Shown one piece after another: positions 27,391 through 41,394 of a stretch of 64,000 nucleotides of DNA. Under the pieces are notes generated by a model. It ran no database searches, was not told where the DNA came from, and saw nothing but the letters and a program-made list of their open reading frames with translations. This DNA comes from Felis catus (Eukaryota): NCBI RefSeq assembly GCF_018350175.1, contig NC_058368.1, forward strand, positions 5,332,001 through 5,396,000. The letters run 5' to 3'. Made by a program: the position numbers and the translations under genes. Position 1 is the stretch's first letter, and each line of letters starts with the position of its first letter.

Positions 27391-28368
27391 TGAAATTTGG
27401 AAATGTTATTTTTAACCATTGAAGTTTTACTTTCAAGTGTTTGCGGCTGATGCTCGGGGGTGAGCGGTCATGGTCTGAATGGACATGTCCGTTTTGTGCC
27501 GTACTTGGCTTGCTTCCTAGGAGTATACTTTCCTGGGGCCAACCCCTGCCCCCACCCTCCACATTCTGTGCCCATGGCCATGACGCGATGTGCACCAGAC
27601 TCCACGCAGAGTTACCTGCATGACTCTGTTCGCTCCTCCCCTGAAGGACGAAGGGAGCAGGCAGGCCAGCTCACGATGTGTAGAATCATTCTGTAGTCAT
27701 TATTCCCGTTCTCAGAAAACCCATGTCCTCACTTCCCCGTCCCCCTCTCGTGATCCTTGTGACGCTGGCTTATCCATGACTTGAGGAAGCAGTAAGTCAC
27801 TGAGCCCACAGAGACTGGGAAAGGAGTTCTCTGAAAGGATGTCAGAGATTCCAGCAAGGGAACATGATGAACGTTGGAGCCTTGCCTAAGTGCTGGCTGC
27901 TGCTTTCTTGGCTTCGTGTGTTCCTGTGGCTATGAGCGTGTGTGTGCTTGCATGTGTGTGCACGTGCACATATGACTGCTTGAAAGCCTGGGTCTTCCAC
28001 ATGGTAGCATGTCGGGCTTTTATTGCTCTCCTGCCTCCTCTACTTCTGATACCTGCCCATGGCACACGTACGTATAGATCGTGCCCAGCTCCTGTACGTG
28101 TCTGCCGTAGGGAGTTCACGTTCACGGCTTCTCGCTTCTCACGGACTCTCAAATGTATCCTCGAGGTGGTTTATAGCAAAATGCAGTAGACTCGTTTCTA
28201 CCTTCCCTTTTTCGATGAGTGAAAGTTGAATTAGAGTGACCTAAAAAGCAGATAGTTTCTTGAATTTTTTTTGAGTATGCGGGTATAAAATGGAGCCACG
28301 TGATGTCACCTAGGAGGGAAGGCGTCCCGCTTCTTTCCACCGCTGGATACACTATGGCTGTTTTGCAG

Positions 28369-28508
28369 GCTTGAGGACTCTGTGTGTGGCTTATGCTGAC
28401 CTCTCTGAGCAGGAGTATGAGGAGTGGCTTAAAGTCTATCGAGAAGCCAGCACCATCTTGAAAGACAGAGCTCAGCGGTTGGAAGAGTGCTATGAGATCA
28501 TAGAGAAG
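28369..28508 (+). CDS. ATP8A2: ATP8A2 exon (~22, 140 nt): (G)[46 protein letters not shown]
   Basis: Acceptor ctgttttgcag|, donor AAG|gtaatt; GLRTL motif. Confidence 0.96.
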
Positions 28509-28599
28509 GTAATTGCACGTGATACACTTGTTACCTGCCCAGTGAGGGGCTCCACCACATATTCAACAAAGTCTTTGGACAGGAACCCTTGTGCTGTAT

Positions 28600-28785
28600 A
28601 GCGGAGAGCGTGTGTGCATAGGGGAGGGGCAGAAGAAGGGACACAGAGAGAGAGAGAGAGAGAGAGATAATGAATGAATCTTAAGCAGGCTTCCAGCGCT
28701 GAGCCTGGCCTCATAACCCTGACATCATGACCTGAGTCAAAATCAAGAGTCAGATGTTTAACCAACTGAGCCACGCAGGTGCCCC
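28600..28785 (-). mobile_element. Older Can-SINE
   Basis: ...tcatgacctgagtcaaaatcaagagtcagatgtttaaccaactgagccacgcaggtgcccc. Confidence 0.88.
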
Positions 28786-28836
28786 TTAACCATTAGCTTT
28801 TAATGATGTCTTTCTTTGCTTTAAGAAGCACTTAGG

Positions 28837-29063
28837 TTTTTTTTCTTTTATTAAAGTTTATTTATTTATTTTGAGAGAGAAAGAGAGAGAGAGAGAGTGT
28901 ACAAACAGGGGAGGGGCGCAGAGAGAGAGACGGGGAGACAGAATCCCAAGCAGGCTCTGTGCTGTCAGCATGGACCCTGATCTGGGGATCTAACCCACAA
29001 ACCACAAGATCATGACCTGAGTCAAAGTCAGATGCTCAATTGACTGAGCCACCCAGGTGCCCC
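28837..29063 (-). mobile_element. Can-SINE
   Basis: Imperfect TSD aagaagcacttag / aagaaacacttag. Confidence 0.92.
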
Positions 29064-29676
29064 AAGAAACACTTAGTTTTTATGGGCTACCTGAAAGATT
29101 GAACCAGCTTCCGCTAAGTGTTAATGGTATCTTAAGAAGTATCAGGTCAAAAACAATGTCAGTGACTTTCTGGGTTTGCCTAAGATTAGGCACCCTGTTG
29201 ACTTACATGAGTTACATGAATCAGACTCCATAGGCTGGTTGGACATTGTTCATTCTGAGAATTTTCACACTTATTCTAGTAACAGCTGCTTTTGCCATTG
29301 CTGCTTTGTATTGCCTACTTCGATTTTTGTTGTTGTTTCTGTTCTTTTCAGTTTAACCCAAGGCGTCAGGTAGCTTTCTAGGTATTAGATTCCCTCCCAT
29401 CTGGGAGCTGGATTTCACCTTTTTCTGTTTCATGTCGGCAACCATTGGCCCATCCAATTTCCAGTTTCTAGAACTCTGGAGTCATTAGCTTTTATCATTT
29501 GTGTTTTTTAAAATGACTCTTGAATTTTTTTGTACCCTGTTTTTACTTGAGTTTTATATTTACTTACGTGTCACTTTAATGGAATTTGGTAGGAGTGGAA
29601 CCAAATTCAAGTGTACATTGTTTCTGCTTTACTGGAAATAACCAAAATTACTTTAGAATCAGAAAATGATTAAATC

Positions 29677-30012
29677 GGGGCACCTGGGTGGCTCAGTCAG
29701 TTAAGCATCTGACTTTTTTTTTTTTAACGTTTATTTATTTTTGAGAGACAGAACTCAAGCAGGGGAGGGGCAAAGAGAGAAGGAGACACAGAATCCAAAG
29801 CAGGCTCCAGGCTCTGAGCTGTCAGCACAGAGCCCGACGCGGGGCTCGAACCTGCAAACCGCGTGATAATGACCTGAGTCGAAGTCAGATTCTCAACCGA
29901 CTGAGCGACCCAGGCATCCCAAGCATCTGACTCTTGATCTTAGTTCCGTTTTTGATCTCAGAGTTGTGAGTTCAGGCCCTGCATTGGGCTCCATTCTGGG
30001 CATGAAGCCTAC

Positions 30013-30043
<31 letters not shown>

Positions 30044-30045
30044 AA
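29677..30045 (+). mobile_element. Older Can-SINE interrupted by an antisense SINE
   Basis: Head 29677-29714, resumes at 29921, poly-A at ~30016-30041. Confidence 0.9.
29715..29920 (-). mobile_element. Can-SINE nested in the preceding SINE
   Basis: TSD aagcatctgact (29703-29714 / 29921-29932). Confidence 0.94.
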
Positions 30046-30461
30046 GAAAGGGAAGAAGACGGTTAAGTAGGTGATGTGCCCATGGGGCACCCTTTGCACC
30101 AAGCACATAGTGGATGCTTTTCCCACAATCAGGTAATCAAGCTAAGGTACTCTGTCATGGAGAGACTCAGGGGAGGTAGGTAAGCAGTTAACAGGCTCTC
30201 TGGGCAGGGGCTGTGGAATGTGCGTTATCATCTAGAATGAGTTTTGCTTCCGTGTTAACTATTATATGGTATGTCCTTAGCTCATCAGTGGAGAGGGGAG
30301 GGCTCACGTACTGTGACTATCCTCAGGATAACTTGCTTGTATGCTTTACCGCTGGATGATTTCTATTTTAACATACCCATGGACCAGTAAATAAGTGATG
30401 AATACTGGGTTGCCTCTGTGTCTTGAGTGGTTCTAACACTGCAAACAGTTTTGAAACTCAT

Positions 30462-30678
30462 GGGGCGCCTGGGTGGCGCAGTCGGTTAAGCGTCCGACTT
30501 CAGCCAGGTCACGATCTCGCGGTCCGTGAGTTCAAGCCCCGCATCAGGCTCTGGGCTGATGGCTCGGAGCCTGGAGCCTGTTTCCGACTCTCTGTCTCTC
30601 TCTCTCTGCCCCTCCCCCGTTCATGCTCTGTCTCTTTCTGTCCCAAAAATAAATAAAAAACGTTGAAAAAAAATTTTA
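30462..30678 (+). mobile_element. Young felid SINE (SINEC_Fc type)
   Basis: Near-consensus, TSD gaaactca. Confidence 0.95.
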
Positions 30679-30842
30679 GAAACTCAGTACATGAAGCATC
30701 ATTAATTATTTGCAAACAAAGGCTTAATGTACAGGAAATAAGAGAACCGTCAACATTTTGACTGCCTTTTTTGGTCAGTTTTGTGGTTAATGCTGCTCTT
30801 AAGTGTGTACCGATCTTTAATTGATGTTGTTTTTCAATCTAG

Positions 30843-30992
<150 letters not shown>

Positions 30993-31269
30993 TAAAATTT
31001 CCTGATGCTGGTTTTGTATTGTTTGTAAAGTGTCTTGTAGAAGTGCCTAGGGCTTCCTCAAAGGCATTGACAGATGATGTTTTAAGGCCCAGGAAAGTTT
31101 ACCTAAATCAAATGAAGATGCTCTTGTGAGCATTATCTGCCTGTAATAAACACTGAAACTCTATCTCCCTGAAATGTAGAATATAGAATTCAAGTTTTGA
31201 AAACTTTTTTTTCTTATCACTTTCTTCACAAAGTTTTAGTCTGAGGCTAAGATGTTTTCACTGAGTTTA

Positions 31270-31460
31270 TTTATTATTATTTTTTGAGAGACAGAGTACG
31301 AGTGGGGGTGGGGCAGAGAGAGAGGGAGACACAGAATCGGAAGCAGGCTCCAGGCTCTGAGCTGTCAGCACAGAGCACGACGCGGGGCTCGAACTCACGA
31401 ACCATGGGATCATGACCTGAGCCGAAGTTGGATGCCCAACCGACGGAGCCACCCAATCCC
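31270..31460 (-). mobile_element. Can-SINE
   Basis: TSD tcactgagttta (31258-31269 / 31461-31472). Confidence 0.94.
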
Positions 31461-33710
31461 TCACTGAGTTTAATATGCATTATAATTTTGGATAATTATG
31501 ACCACTGGGATGATTTTACCAACCGATGGATTTTCTAAGAGCGCTGTGTCTTTCTTTCCCTTCCCTGCCTGGGTCGGTAACCTCTTTGCTTGCTAAACAT
31601 CACAGAAAGGAAAATTGAAGAAAGGGAATTTTAAGCCCAAATAACTTCATTCATGTTAAGGAGGCGCATTTTGAGTTTGGAAGGAGTTGAAATGACTCAT
31701 TTTAGGAGGTCTCCTTTCGATTGCTTAAGTTCCCTTGAAGTTCTCTGCCACTTCCAGTGTCGTCATTGTAGCACCAGCCCAGGTGTGCATGTGATCAAAT
31801 GAGTACGTGAGACCACATGACTTATAACGTCTTTATGGAAACAGACTCTGGGTTACAGCTGACTTCAGAAAGGAACATACTGGAGCATCCAGGTTTGGGT
31901 TACTGGTATCCTGTTTGGATCGGTCGCCTTGGAATGTTATCGCCTGAATCCAATGGTGGCCCTTTCCTTAAACCTTCTGTTTTGAATCAGCTCTCCCAGA
32001 TAACCACAGTTGTAGTCAATACTTACCCTTTGAAGTGAATTTTTTTTTTTTAAAGACAAGAGTCATTTAATCATTTCTTATCAAGGTTGTGACTAATCAA
32101 ATGCAGTTTGGGCCCCCACGCCACTGAAATTAAAGTCCCAGGCGAGTGACAGGTGATTCATAACCATCTCTGAAGCTTCAGGTATAGACATTACCTATTG
32201 ATTTGTGTTAGTTGTCTTTCAAATGCATGTTTCTGGACCAAAGGAGGATGATATTTCTGTGCAGATCCCTCACTATTACTAGAAAATAAAATTCTATAGC
32301 TTGTAGCCCTTTGGCGATGTCAACATTTTTTTAAAAAGAAGGTAAACATGTGCTTTTGGGATAATGCCCCTCTCTCTCTATATATATGTATGTGTTGTCC
32401 CTTCAGGTATGATTTCCCATAAAATTTGGGTTAAAATACTTGCTGATACATGGCTCCTTTTGTTCATATAGGGCACATAAAGTTGACTGCTGCCCCCAAA
32501 TACTGAAAATTTAGGGGTGTGCTTTCTGCTCTCTTAGAGCAATATCAGAAGGTAGGTAAAATTGTACTACGGTGATAAGATCTGGAAAACAGAGGTTGAG
32601 TGTTCCTGCTGGACTAATGACCTTTTTATGCCCCTAGCCCCAGACGACTTCCTTAAGTGCTTTCTTGTGTTTGCTGTAAGAAGAGAGTGTGAGTGTGCTG
32701 GCCGGAAAAAGGCCACTGTCCCTCTCATGGCCTCTCTGCAAAATCACCCTGTCCTTAGGCAGCACCCACGTCCCTTTTCCTGCTTGTCCCTTTTGTCATA
32801 CCTGAGCATATCAGGGCCTGGAGGAGCTTAGAATACACGCAAATGAAAGCAAAGGCTTAAAAGTCAACCCAGAAAAAAAAAATGGATTGTAATTCCTAAA
32901 GGAAAGTTTGACTTGAAGGCTGTGAGGCTTGTCTGAGGCTTATGAGATAATTGAAAACCTATCTGAAGAGTTTGTAAAAATCACGGTGATAGTATTTTGT
33001 GCTTTTTTATCAAAGAGGGTAGAGCAACATTTGTAGCTTGGGGACCAGGAGTATTCACAGCCATTAGATATTTTAAAATGGATCTTTTCTTAGCAAATCC
33101 TCTACAGGACCACATGGAGATGATGCATCCTGTTCATAGATAAGCTGATGACTTTACCAAAGTCTTGTATTCTGGAGTTTTTTTTCTACTCACATATTTT
33201 TCTAGTGTGTCAGAATTCAAACAGATCTTTGGTGTTACTAAGTATGCATCCAACAGCCGGGGAACTGATGTTCTTTGAAAGAGCTCTGTCTGAGTTACTT
33301 TTTCACTTTGCATTCAGAACTCACTGGGAATCCTGGGTTGTGTTGGGTGGTGTTGAGGGATTAAATGTCGCTTTCTGATTTAGGATTTCTGTTGCCCCCG
33401 CAAATGATGCAGAAGGCTCAACAAAGTGTAGACGTCCAGACGTTGTGTTAGACTTGTCCACGCCAGGCCACAGGTGACAGCTACAAGCAGCGTGAGGTCG
33501 TGCTCCAGATACAGTGTGGATTGTATGTCTCTGTGCTCATCGCGTGTTCCTCGTGGCCCCGGAAATAGGAGCTGTTACTGATCCATAATACTTGATGTCC
33601 TGTACATTTTGGTGCATTCGGTCTGCATTTTCAGGGATTCAGGGGGTATTTGGGAAGATGATCCAGTGTCTAGAGTTATACTTCTTTATGAAGGAAGGAG
33701 AAGAGAGAAA

Positions 33711-35380
33711 TTTTTTTTCTATTTTTTTAATTTTGTTTTTAATTTTTTAAAATTTGAATCCAAATTAGTTAGCATCTAGTGCAACAATGATTTCAGGAAT
33801 AGATTCCTTAGTGCACTTTACCCATTTAGCCCACCCCTCCTCCCACAACCCCTCCCATAACCCTCAGTTTGTTCTCCATATTTGAGTCTCTTCTATTTTG
33901 TCCCCCTCTCTGTTTTTATATTATTTTTGTTTCCCTTCCTTTATGTTCATCTGTTTTGTCTCTTAAAGTCCTCATATGAGTGAAGTCATATGATTTTTGT
34001 CTTTCTCTAACTTCACTTAGCATAATACCCTCCGGTTCCATCCACTTAGTTGCAAATGGCAAGATGTCATTCTTTTTGATTGCCGAGTAATACTCCATTG
34101 TATATGTATATCACATCTTCTTTATTCATTCATCCATCGATGGACATTCGGGCTCTTTCCATACTTTGGCTATTGTTGATAGTGCTGCTATAAACATGGG
34201 GGTGCATGGGGCACCTGGGTGGCGCAGTCGGTTAAGCGTCCGACTTCAGCCAGGTCACGATCTCGCGGTCCGTGAGTTCGAGCCCCGCGTCGGGCTCTGG
34301 GCTGATGGCTCAGAGCCTGGAGCCTGTTTCCGATTCTGTGTCTCCCTCTCTCTCTGCCCCTCCCCCGTTCATGCTCTGTCTCTCTCTGTCCCAAAAATAA
34401 ATAAACGTTGAAAAAAAAAACATGGGGGTGCACGTGTCCCTTCGAAACAGCACACCTATATCCTTTGGATAAATGCCTAGTAGTGCAATTGCTGGGTCCT
34501 AGGTTAGTTCTATTTTTAGTTTTTTGAGGAAGCTCCATACTGTTTTCCAGAGTGGCTGCACCAGCTTGCATTGCCACCAACATTGCAAAAGAGATCCTCT
34601 TTCTCCGCATCCTCGCCCACATCTGTTGTTGCCTGAGTTGTTAATGTTAGCCATTCTGACAGGTGTCAGGTGGTGTCTCATTGTGGTTTTGATTTGTATT
34701 TCCCTGATGATGAGTGATGTGGAGCATTTTTTCATGTGTCGGTTGGCCACCTGGATGTCTTCCTTGGAGAAGTGTCTATTCCTGTCCTCTGCCCATTTCT
34801 TCACTGGATTATTTGTTTTTTGGGTGTTGAGTTTGAGAAGTTCTTTATAGATTTTGGATACTAACCCTTTATCTGATAGTCATTTGCAAATATCTTCTCC
34901 CATTCTGTTGGTTGCCTTTTAGTTTTGCTGAGTGTTTCCTTTGCTGTGCAGAAGCTTTTTATTTTGATGAGGTCCCAGTAGTTCATTTTTCCTTTTGTTG
35001 CCCTTGCCTCCAGAGATGTGTCGAGTAAGAAGTTGCTGCAGCCAAGATCAAAGAGGTTTTTGCCTGCTTTCTCCTCGAGGATGTTGATGGCTTCCTGTCT
35101 TACGTTGAGGTCTTTCATCCATTTTGAGTTTATTTTTGTGTCTGGTGTAAGAAAGTGGTCCAGGTTCATTCTTCTGCATGTCGCTGTCCAGTTTTCCCAG
35201 CACCACTTGCTGAAGAGACTGTCTTTATTCCATTGGATATTCTTTCCTGCTTTGTCAAAGATTAGTTGGCCATACGTTTGTGGGTCCATTTCTGGGTTCT
35301 CTATTCTGTTTCATTGATCTGAGTGTCTGTTCTTGTGCCAGTACCACACTGTCTTGATGATGACAGCTTTGTAGTATAGG
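33711..35380 (-). mobile_element. Relatively young 5'-truncated LINE-1 (ORF2 C-terminus plus 3'UTR) with a SINE inserted
   Basis: ORFs MDPQTYGQLIFDKAGKNIQWNKDSLFSKWCWENW... and [18 protein letters not shown]...; T-rich tail at 33711; imperfect TSD aagagag(c)aaatt. Confidence 0.96.
34208..34417 (+). mobile_element. Young felid SINE (SINEC_Fc type) nested in L1
   Basis: TSD aaacatgggggtgca (34192-34206 / 34418-34432). Confidence 0.96.
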
Positions 35381-36679
35381 ACAAGAGAGCAAATTAATGG
35401 AATATCTGCCCAGTGCCAGCGCTCTGCTAGGAGTGCCTTCTGAACATGGTCTTCAGTCTTTACATCTTAATGATCTTCCGGCTCAAAGGGGAAGTTCAGT
35501 GTTTATGAAAGTTACGTTGTATTTAATGACCAAGCTAGTATGAGGTCTCAGGGCCCCTCAGTTCTGGTGCAGGGCTCATTTTACACGGATTCACATAGCT
35601 TTCTCTGAAATTTGAAGACTGGGGGAGAATGGTACAATATATCATCGGTTCCAGGCGGCACGTTGTTATTATATGGCAGTGTCCTGAAATTGGGATGTCT
35701 TATGATCGTTGACTCTTAGGGTTTAGTAACATTTTCTTAGTGGTACGTAGAGTAAGCGTTCACCTTTAGAGATGATGCTAGGTGTTTGGGGTTGTTCATT
35801 TTCTTCAGCATTTATCTGTCATACTTTAATACATATTTCTAAGATGTAACTTATAGTTCATACCTTGGAAATATTTAGTCAAATTAAATTCCAGGATATT
35901 TATGTCTCTGAGGAGCCAGTGAGTACTGTATAGACAGTCATCTTGCCTGTGGGTTTTAGGTAGTTTGGAACTGGCACGGTGCCAGAATCCTGCACCAGGC
36001 TTGAATTTGTGCCAACTAGCTATGTTTCAAGGAGTTGGCAATTTTCTTTTTTAGCTTAAGAACTTGGCATCCGTTAGTCTAAAGTGAAATTTCAGATGTA
36101 GCCTTTGTGAATTGTGTCATTTCCTTATTACCACTGGATATAACATCTATTAAATAGATGTGAAGTCCTCAGAATCTATGATTTTTTTTCTAATGGATAT
36201 AGGATGAGTGAGAAAAAAATCCTAGTGTGATTCCATTTTAAAGCCATTAGGCGGGAAAGAGCTTTCATTGTAAACTATTCCTAAGTTGTAATTCCGCACC
36301 CTACTCTCCCACCCCTCATTTTTTACTCATCATTTAATGCTTCTGAGCCATGTCTTACAGTCTTAGAAGTTTAATTTTTAGAAAGTAAATATGGTGCCTG
36401 CTTATCCTATTATTGCCCGTTGCAAGGAAGACAGGTGTCTGTTTTCAGTGAAGCTGGGATGTTTGGCGGTGATCTCAGTCTGAGTGTTGTTTTTCACCAA
36501 AAAGTCAGATACGTTATATCTTGATCACCTGCAGCTGGTGTTGTTGCCAGACGTTCTAGTACAGGCTTGGGGGACCCGCATTCCCTAATTGGGGCACGAG
36601 TTAATCCTGAGCCAAAACAGAGTGAAATAGATGATGAGAAACTACTAACTGCACAGCACAGACATTAAGCATGACTGGT

Positions 36680-36890
36680 GTTAATAATAGTTACCAAGTG
36701 AACGTTGGCTATACTGTGCCAAATACTGTGCTGAGTCATTTGTGTCTGTTTTATATTTGATTCCCCTGAGATAGCCATCATTCCCCCTTTTAAAGATAGA
36801 ACCGAGGCACAGAAATACCAAGCAACTTAGCCTACATCACAGAGGTGGGAAGATGCTGAAAATCTAAGCATGGACCTGTGATACTTGATA
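36680..36890 (-). mobile_element. MIR fragment
   Basis: 'tactgtgccaaatactgtgctg...cccttttaaagatagaaaccgaggcacaga' MIR core. Confidence 0.7.
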
Positions 36891-39800
36891 TTTACTTCCC
36901 AGAAGGAAAAATACCTGAGCCAAAAAAGAGAAAGGAAGGCTTCGAGGTTTCCAACTTGAGCCTTCAAGGGTTCAAAAAAAAAAAAAAGAAAAAAAGTCTG
37001 AGCATAGAATGGGTCAGGATGGCCCAGTTTGTGAGGCGAGGCTGAGGTCCTGTGCTCTTACGTGGAGTAGCCTTTTCCTGAGAAGGATCTGGAGGGAAAG
37101 GTGCCAGGTGTGTGGTTTTGGGGGATGAGCCCTTGTTCTCTGGATGATGAAGGACTCTGAGCTTCGTTGGCCTCCTCTGGCATAGATTAGGAATATGATC
37201 TTTCATCATCCATTCCTGATGTCTGGCAGTGCGTTTCATACATTTATACTCAAATATTGATCAGATTCTCTCTGGAAATAGTTAGAACCAACAACACACT
37301 TACTAAGGGTTTGGAACCAGCCTGAGTTTCAGTGATGGGTAGGTTGATGAATCTGAGCCTAAGATCCATGGTTAGTAAGGATAAAGTGTACCTAACCCTC
37401 CCAGAACTGTCTCCAGAGAAATCTGGATTTAGGTGTCTTTGACGATGTGAGTTTATCTCAAAAAAAAAAAAAAAAAAAAGAGACCGATTTCAGAATCTGA
37501 GAGATTTGGTTTGGTGATACTTCCTAGCGTGGATGATTATTTTCTTAAAATGCAGTCTTGCTCTAAGTACCATAGAGTCTGAAATATTTTGATTTCTTTG
37601 GATGTTGATTATACTCAGGTAGCAGAAAGACTAAACACTTTTGTAGCGTGCTGTTAATTTCAGCTGTAGTAAAAAGTAAAATCCCAGAGGTTCTCTTCCT
37701 AGTGATTTTATGGCCGTTTTGTTAGATTGCAAGATTAAAGAGCTAGACCTCAATTTACAAGTGCGGATTGACATTTCATACCTGGCCCTTCTCCAGGAGT
37801 TGATCTCATTTTATCCACAAACATTAGAAATCAAGCACGCCAAACTGGGGTTGACATAATTTAATTTGCCACATTAGCTAAGTCACAATTAACTGTGTTA
37901 GACTTCCGTGTTCTGTCTAGTGCAGGTGTTTTGTGTGATAATTCTCTAAGCAGAATCTCACTTCATTTTCTAAGTTGAAAAAAACGCGTTTCCAGAAACC
38001 TTAGTTCTGTATATTTAAATTCGCAGAAGTGTCGGTGGCTTTATTTATTGCCCTATTCCCTGAAATGGCTAGAAAAACATTTAAGAGTTTTTCCATAATA
38101 TCTTTGTGCAGCTTCAGTTGTCAAGTAGCATTTTGCGTCGACTGAAAAATATAAAATAAATCAGCAAGTTAGGGCTTAAAAATTATAGCTCGCTTCTACA
38201 GCTGTTGTTCAAAATCTACCAGCAAACCCTTTTGCGTTAGTTATACTAAATTTGTAACAGTCTGTTGCGTGACGTTACTGGAAGTCTCTGGGGTATACAG
38301 AAGGAGTGAGCCTACCATAGTGGGAAATAATTAAAGTTGCAACATCGCCTTTTGTAAATGAAAATAAAGTGTAGACCTCCCTTCTGAGCCTAATCTAAGA
38401 ACTTATAGGAAAGAAGAATACATTTGTAAAATTTTAACGGTCAACAAAGACTTCACTTATGTCAATCCTATGAGGCAGGACTTTGAAAGGCATTCTGGGA
38501 AAGTCTGATTTTTACTCATCACTGCTGTTAAAATACAGACTTGAACAAGTTTGAAAATGTGTAGAAAATTGTTAAATGTTTCCGCCTGCCCTCCCCCCCT
38601 TTTTTTTTGTCTTCTAGGTTAAACAGGTACTTGCCCATGTGGTCTTAGGATTTTAGATTCTTCAGTTTGTTTTAGTTTTTAAAATGATGAGAAGTGGTTT
38701 TAACAAGTGAAATAATCTCGTTCCCTTGAGGTAACCATTATTAACGGTCTGGACTATATCTTTATGGTATTGCTTTTAAAAAATATTCTCCTGAAATATC
38801 AAATATTCTTCTGAAATGACAAACGTTAGTGAAGGATATACTTTGTACGTTCCAAAATAAACATATTTATTCTTTCCTAAAAAGAAAAAAATAAAAACCA
38901 AAAGGCTTTTCCTGGTCTTAATTTTTCTGGGTGTCTTAAAGTCTGTTTGGTGCCTTTTAATAGGGTTTCCTTCACATCAAAAAAAAAGCCCCGCTGAGTA
39001 GAATTGTCACATAAATGCAGTAGTTCTGGGACTGGCCCATTAGTTAAATGCTTGTCTCCTTTTCCAGTTAAATATAGCATCTGTAGGAACGGATATTTTA
39101 GCTGTTCTGTGGAGAACAATCCAGGCTCCTCCTCGCTTCAGGAATAGCTCTGGTTAAGCCCCTTCCTTGAGATTGTCACCCAGGTACTCGCTCGAAGATT
39201 GTAATTCTCGTTGCTGATGATTGGTTTCCTGTCTCCGTAATCATCAATCCTTTATCTTTAGGTGCTGAAGGTGGGGGGAAAAACTTGCTGTGAGGGCCAG
39301 TTTTCTAGGTGGGAGGATTCTTCTCTTGCCTTTTCTCAATGAGCTAGATTGCGACGAAGGTTGGTGAAAAGCGCCAGTTCTCTCAAGGGGCCCTGAAGAG
39401 GGGGGACGGTATAGCCTGGAAGAGAGTAGACTCCTGACAGACGTCTGGGTCTTAGGACCTGCTGGAGCTGCCTCCTTCCCACAGTGCCTGGATTTCAGGG
39501 GGCCGGGCTCTCCTCCTGGTCTGTGGGGTCACCGAGCATCTCCAGATGTTTGGCAGTAGACTGCAAAGCCTGAGTAGGGAAGTGGTTCAGAGAAAATATG
39601 TTCACCTCCTGGGAGGAGAAGTCGAAGAGCCACTTGCTTAACCTATAGAGAGAACCCTTTAAAAATAGGATGGAAATGATCGATAGGGATCAGTGTGGGA
39701 ATACATACTTTTTTGTTTCAGGGGAATTTTCTTTTTTAAACTCCATTTGATTCTTGAAATGCACCTTGCTTTGAACTTGGGGGAGGAAGAGAGATTCCCG

Positions 39801-40247
39801 GGTTGTGTGATCGTAGTCCTTTGAAACCTGATGTGAGAATTACCTGCTTTGTTAAACAAACACACGAGGGCTCTTGATAGTAGGGTAGGCTCGTTTATGC
39901 TGATTCGCAAGCACCGTTAACGTCCATGTGTCTCCCTAACGGTGCTGCTGTTCTCCAAAGATGAGGAAAACTCCACGGAAAATTGACAAATGTGTATTTT
40001 AGCCTTTGGTCACGGAAACCTTCCCAACCAGTTCTATCTCAGTGGTCTGCAAGAATCAAAATCTGCTCAAAGAACTCCCTTTTCCTGCTCCTCACGCTTG
40101 TCCAATTCTTCTGTGTTCCTCGACAGGCTTAAAATGATGACAAGGAAGACCCAAGAAGGGAGGATGAGTTTACACAGCTATTGGAAAGTGATGAGTTCTT
40201 GGAAGGAATGATAAACTCCCTAATGTTGCTTCTTCCTCTTACTCTAG

Positions 40248-40312
40248 GATATTCCTGCCGGTTGGTGTCACAGAATATGGCCCTTATCCTGTTGAAGGAG
40301 GATTCCCTGGAT
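40248..40312 (+). CDS. ATP8A2: ATP8A2 exon (~24, 65 nt): (G)[21 protein letters not shown]
   Basis: Acceptor tcttcctcttactctag|, donor GAT|gtaagt; no further exon recognised in the remaining 23.7 kb. Confidence 0.95.
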
Positions 40313-41394
40313 GTAAGTCGTTTTTCAAACGTTGTATGTGTCTTTTACCGTATTAAACTCTTCATGTATTTATTACTACTATAACTGATGAGGGTGTTTT
40401 TTTTTTTTTTTTTACTAAAAATTATAAAACTACTCTGTATATTGTTATTTATGAACAGATGTCGTAATCTCTTATCTTTAAACACCAGAATAGTAAATTT
40501 GGAGCACTGCTTAAAGGTACTTCTCCTTTGTGCATCTGGAATTGTGCATTTATGATGTTGACGGGACCTGTTACGATTTACGTTAAGTGGGGATGGTCGA
40601 CTCCAGAGTTACCAAGGAGACTTGCAGGATTTTCTTTCTAGCACAAACTTTAACATAGAGATAATATTCAAGTGTCCAGAGTTGTTTGAATTTATATAGG
40701 AATAGGCTGCATTCCCCCAACATTCCAGTGCCACTAGCTCATGCAGAATTGAACAGCATGGTTCTCTGAGCATGTCGTAGACCTGTACCCGCCTGGGCGT
40801 GGCCTAAAGCTTCTGATGAGACCAGGGGAACCGATTTGGGGTTAAACAGTGACCTGGGAAGTAGTTTGATATGAAGACATCAGCTGAACAACGAAATCCC
40901 ATTTGTCAGGACTCGTAACAAGGGCTTCTTACTGCCTGGAACCCAGGGCCACCCTTCAGGCAGTGTATTTAAAGCCTCTTTTAGGAGCAGATGACAGGGT
41001 TAGTGAAAAGGATGAGATATAGTACAGAGATGTTTATAGTTGGAGACCGGGGAGGCCATGAATCCTACCGTGAAGGCCGACACACAGAGCGCCTCTTCAG
41101 GTGGCGAGTCTGCATGCCTGTGATGCTGTTCGATGGCTTGGGAGCTTCAGGATCGATCTCAGTGTGCCTCTTACCCTTGTTTGTGTCACTGCCTGCCAGA
41201 AACCCAAGCCTCCCGGGTCATCCCTCCTCTCCTGGATTCCTACCTAATTCTCCAGCTCTGGGGTAGTAAAGAACCTCCCTTCTACCCAGTGTTGGCTTCT
41301 CCCAAGCACCCCCATCCCACTTGCCTTTATTCTTGTCTATAGAACTTCTGATAACTAGAAATAATATATATTATTAATAAATATAATAAAAGTA

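Noticed and set aside
34499..35289. ORFs with clear protein-like sequence
   Set aside because: These are frameshifted LINE-1 ORF2 C-terminal fragments from a 5'-truncated copy, not a host gene or active element.
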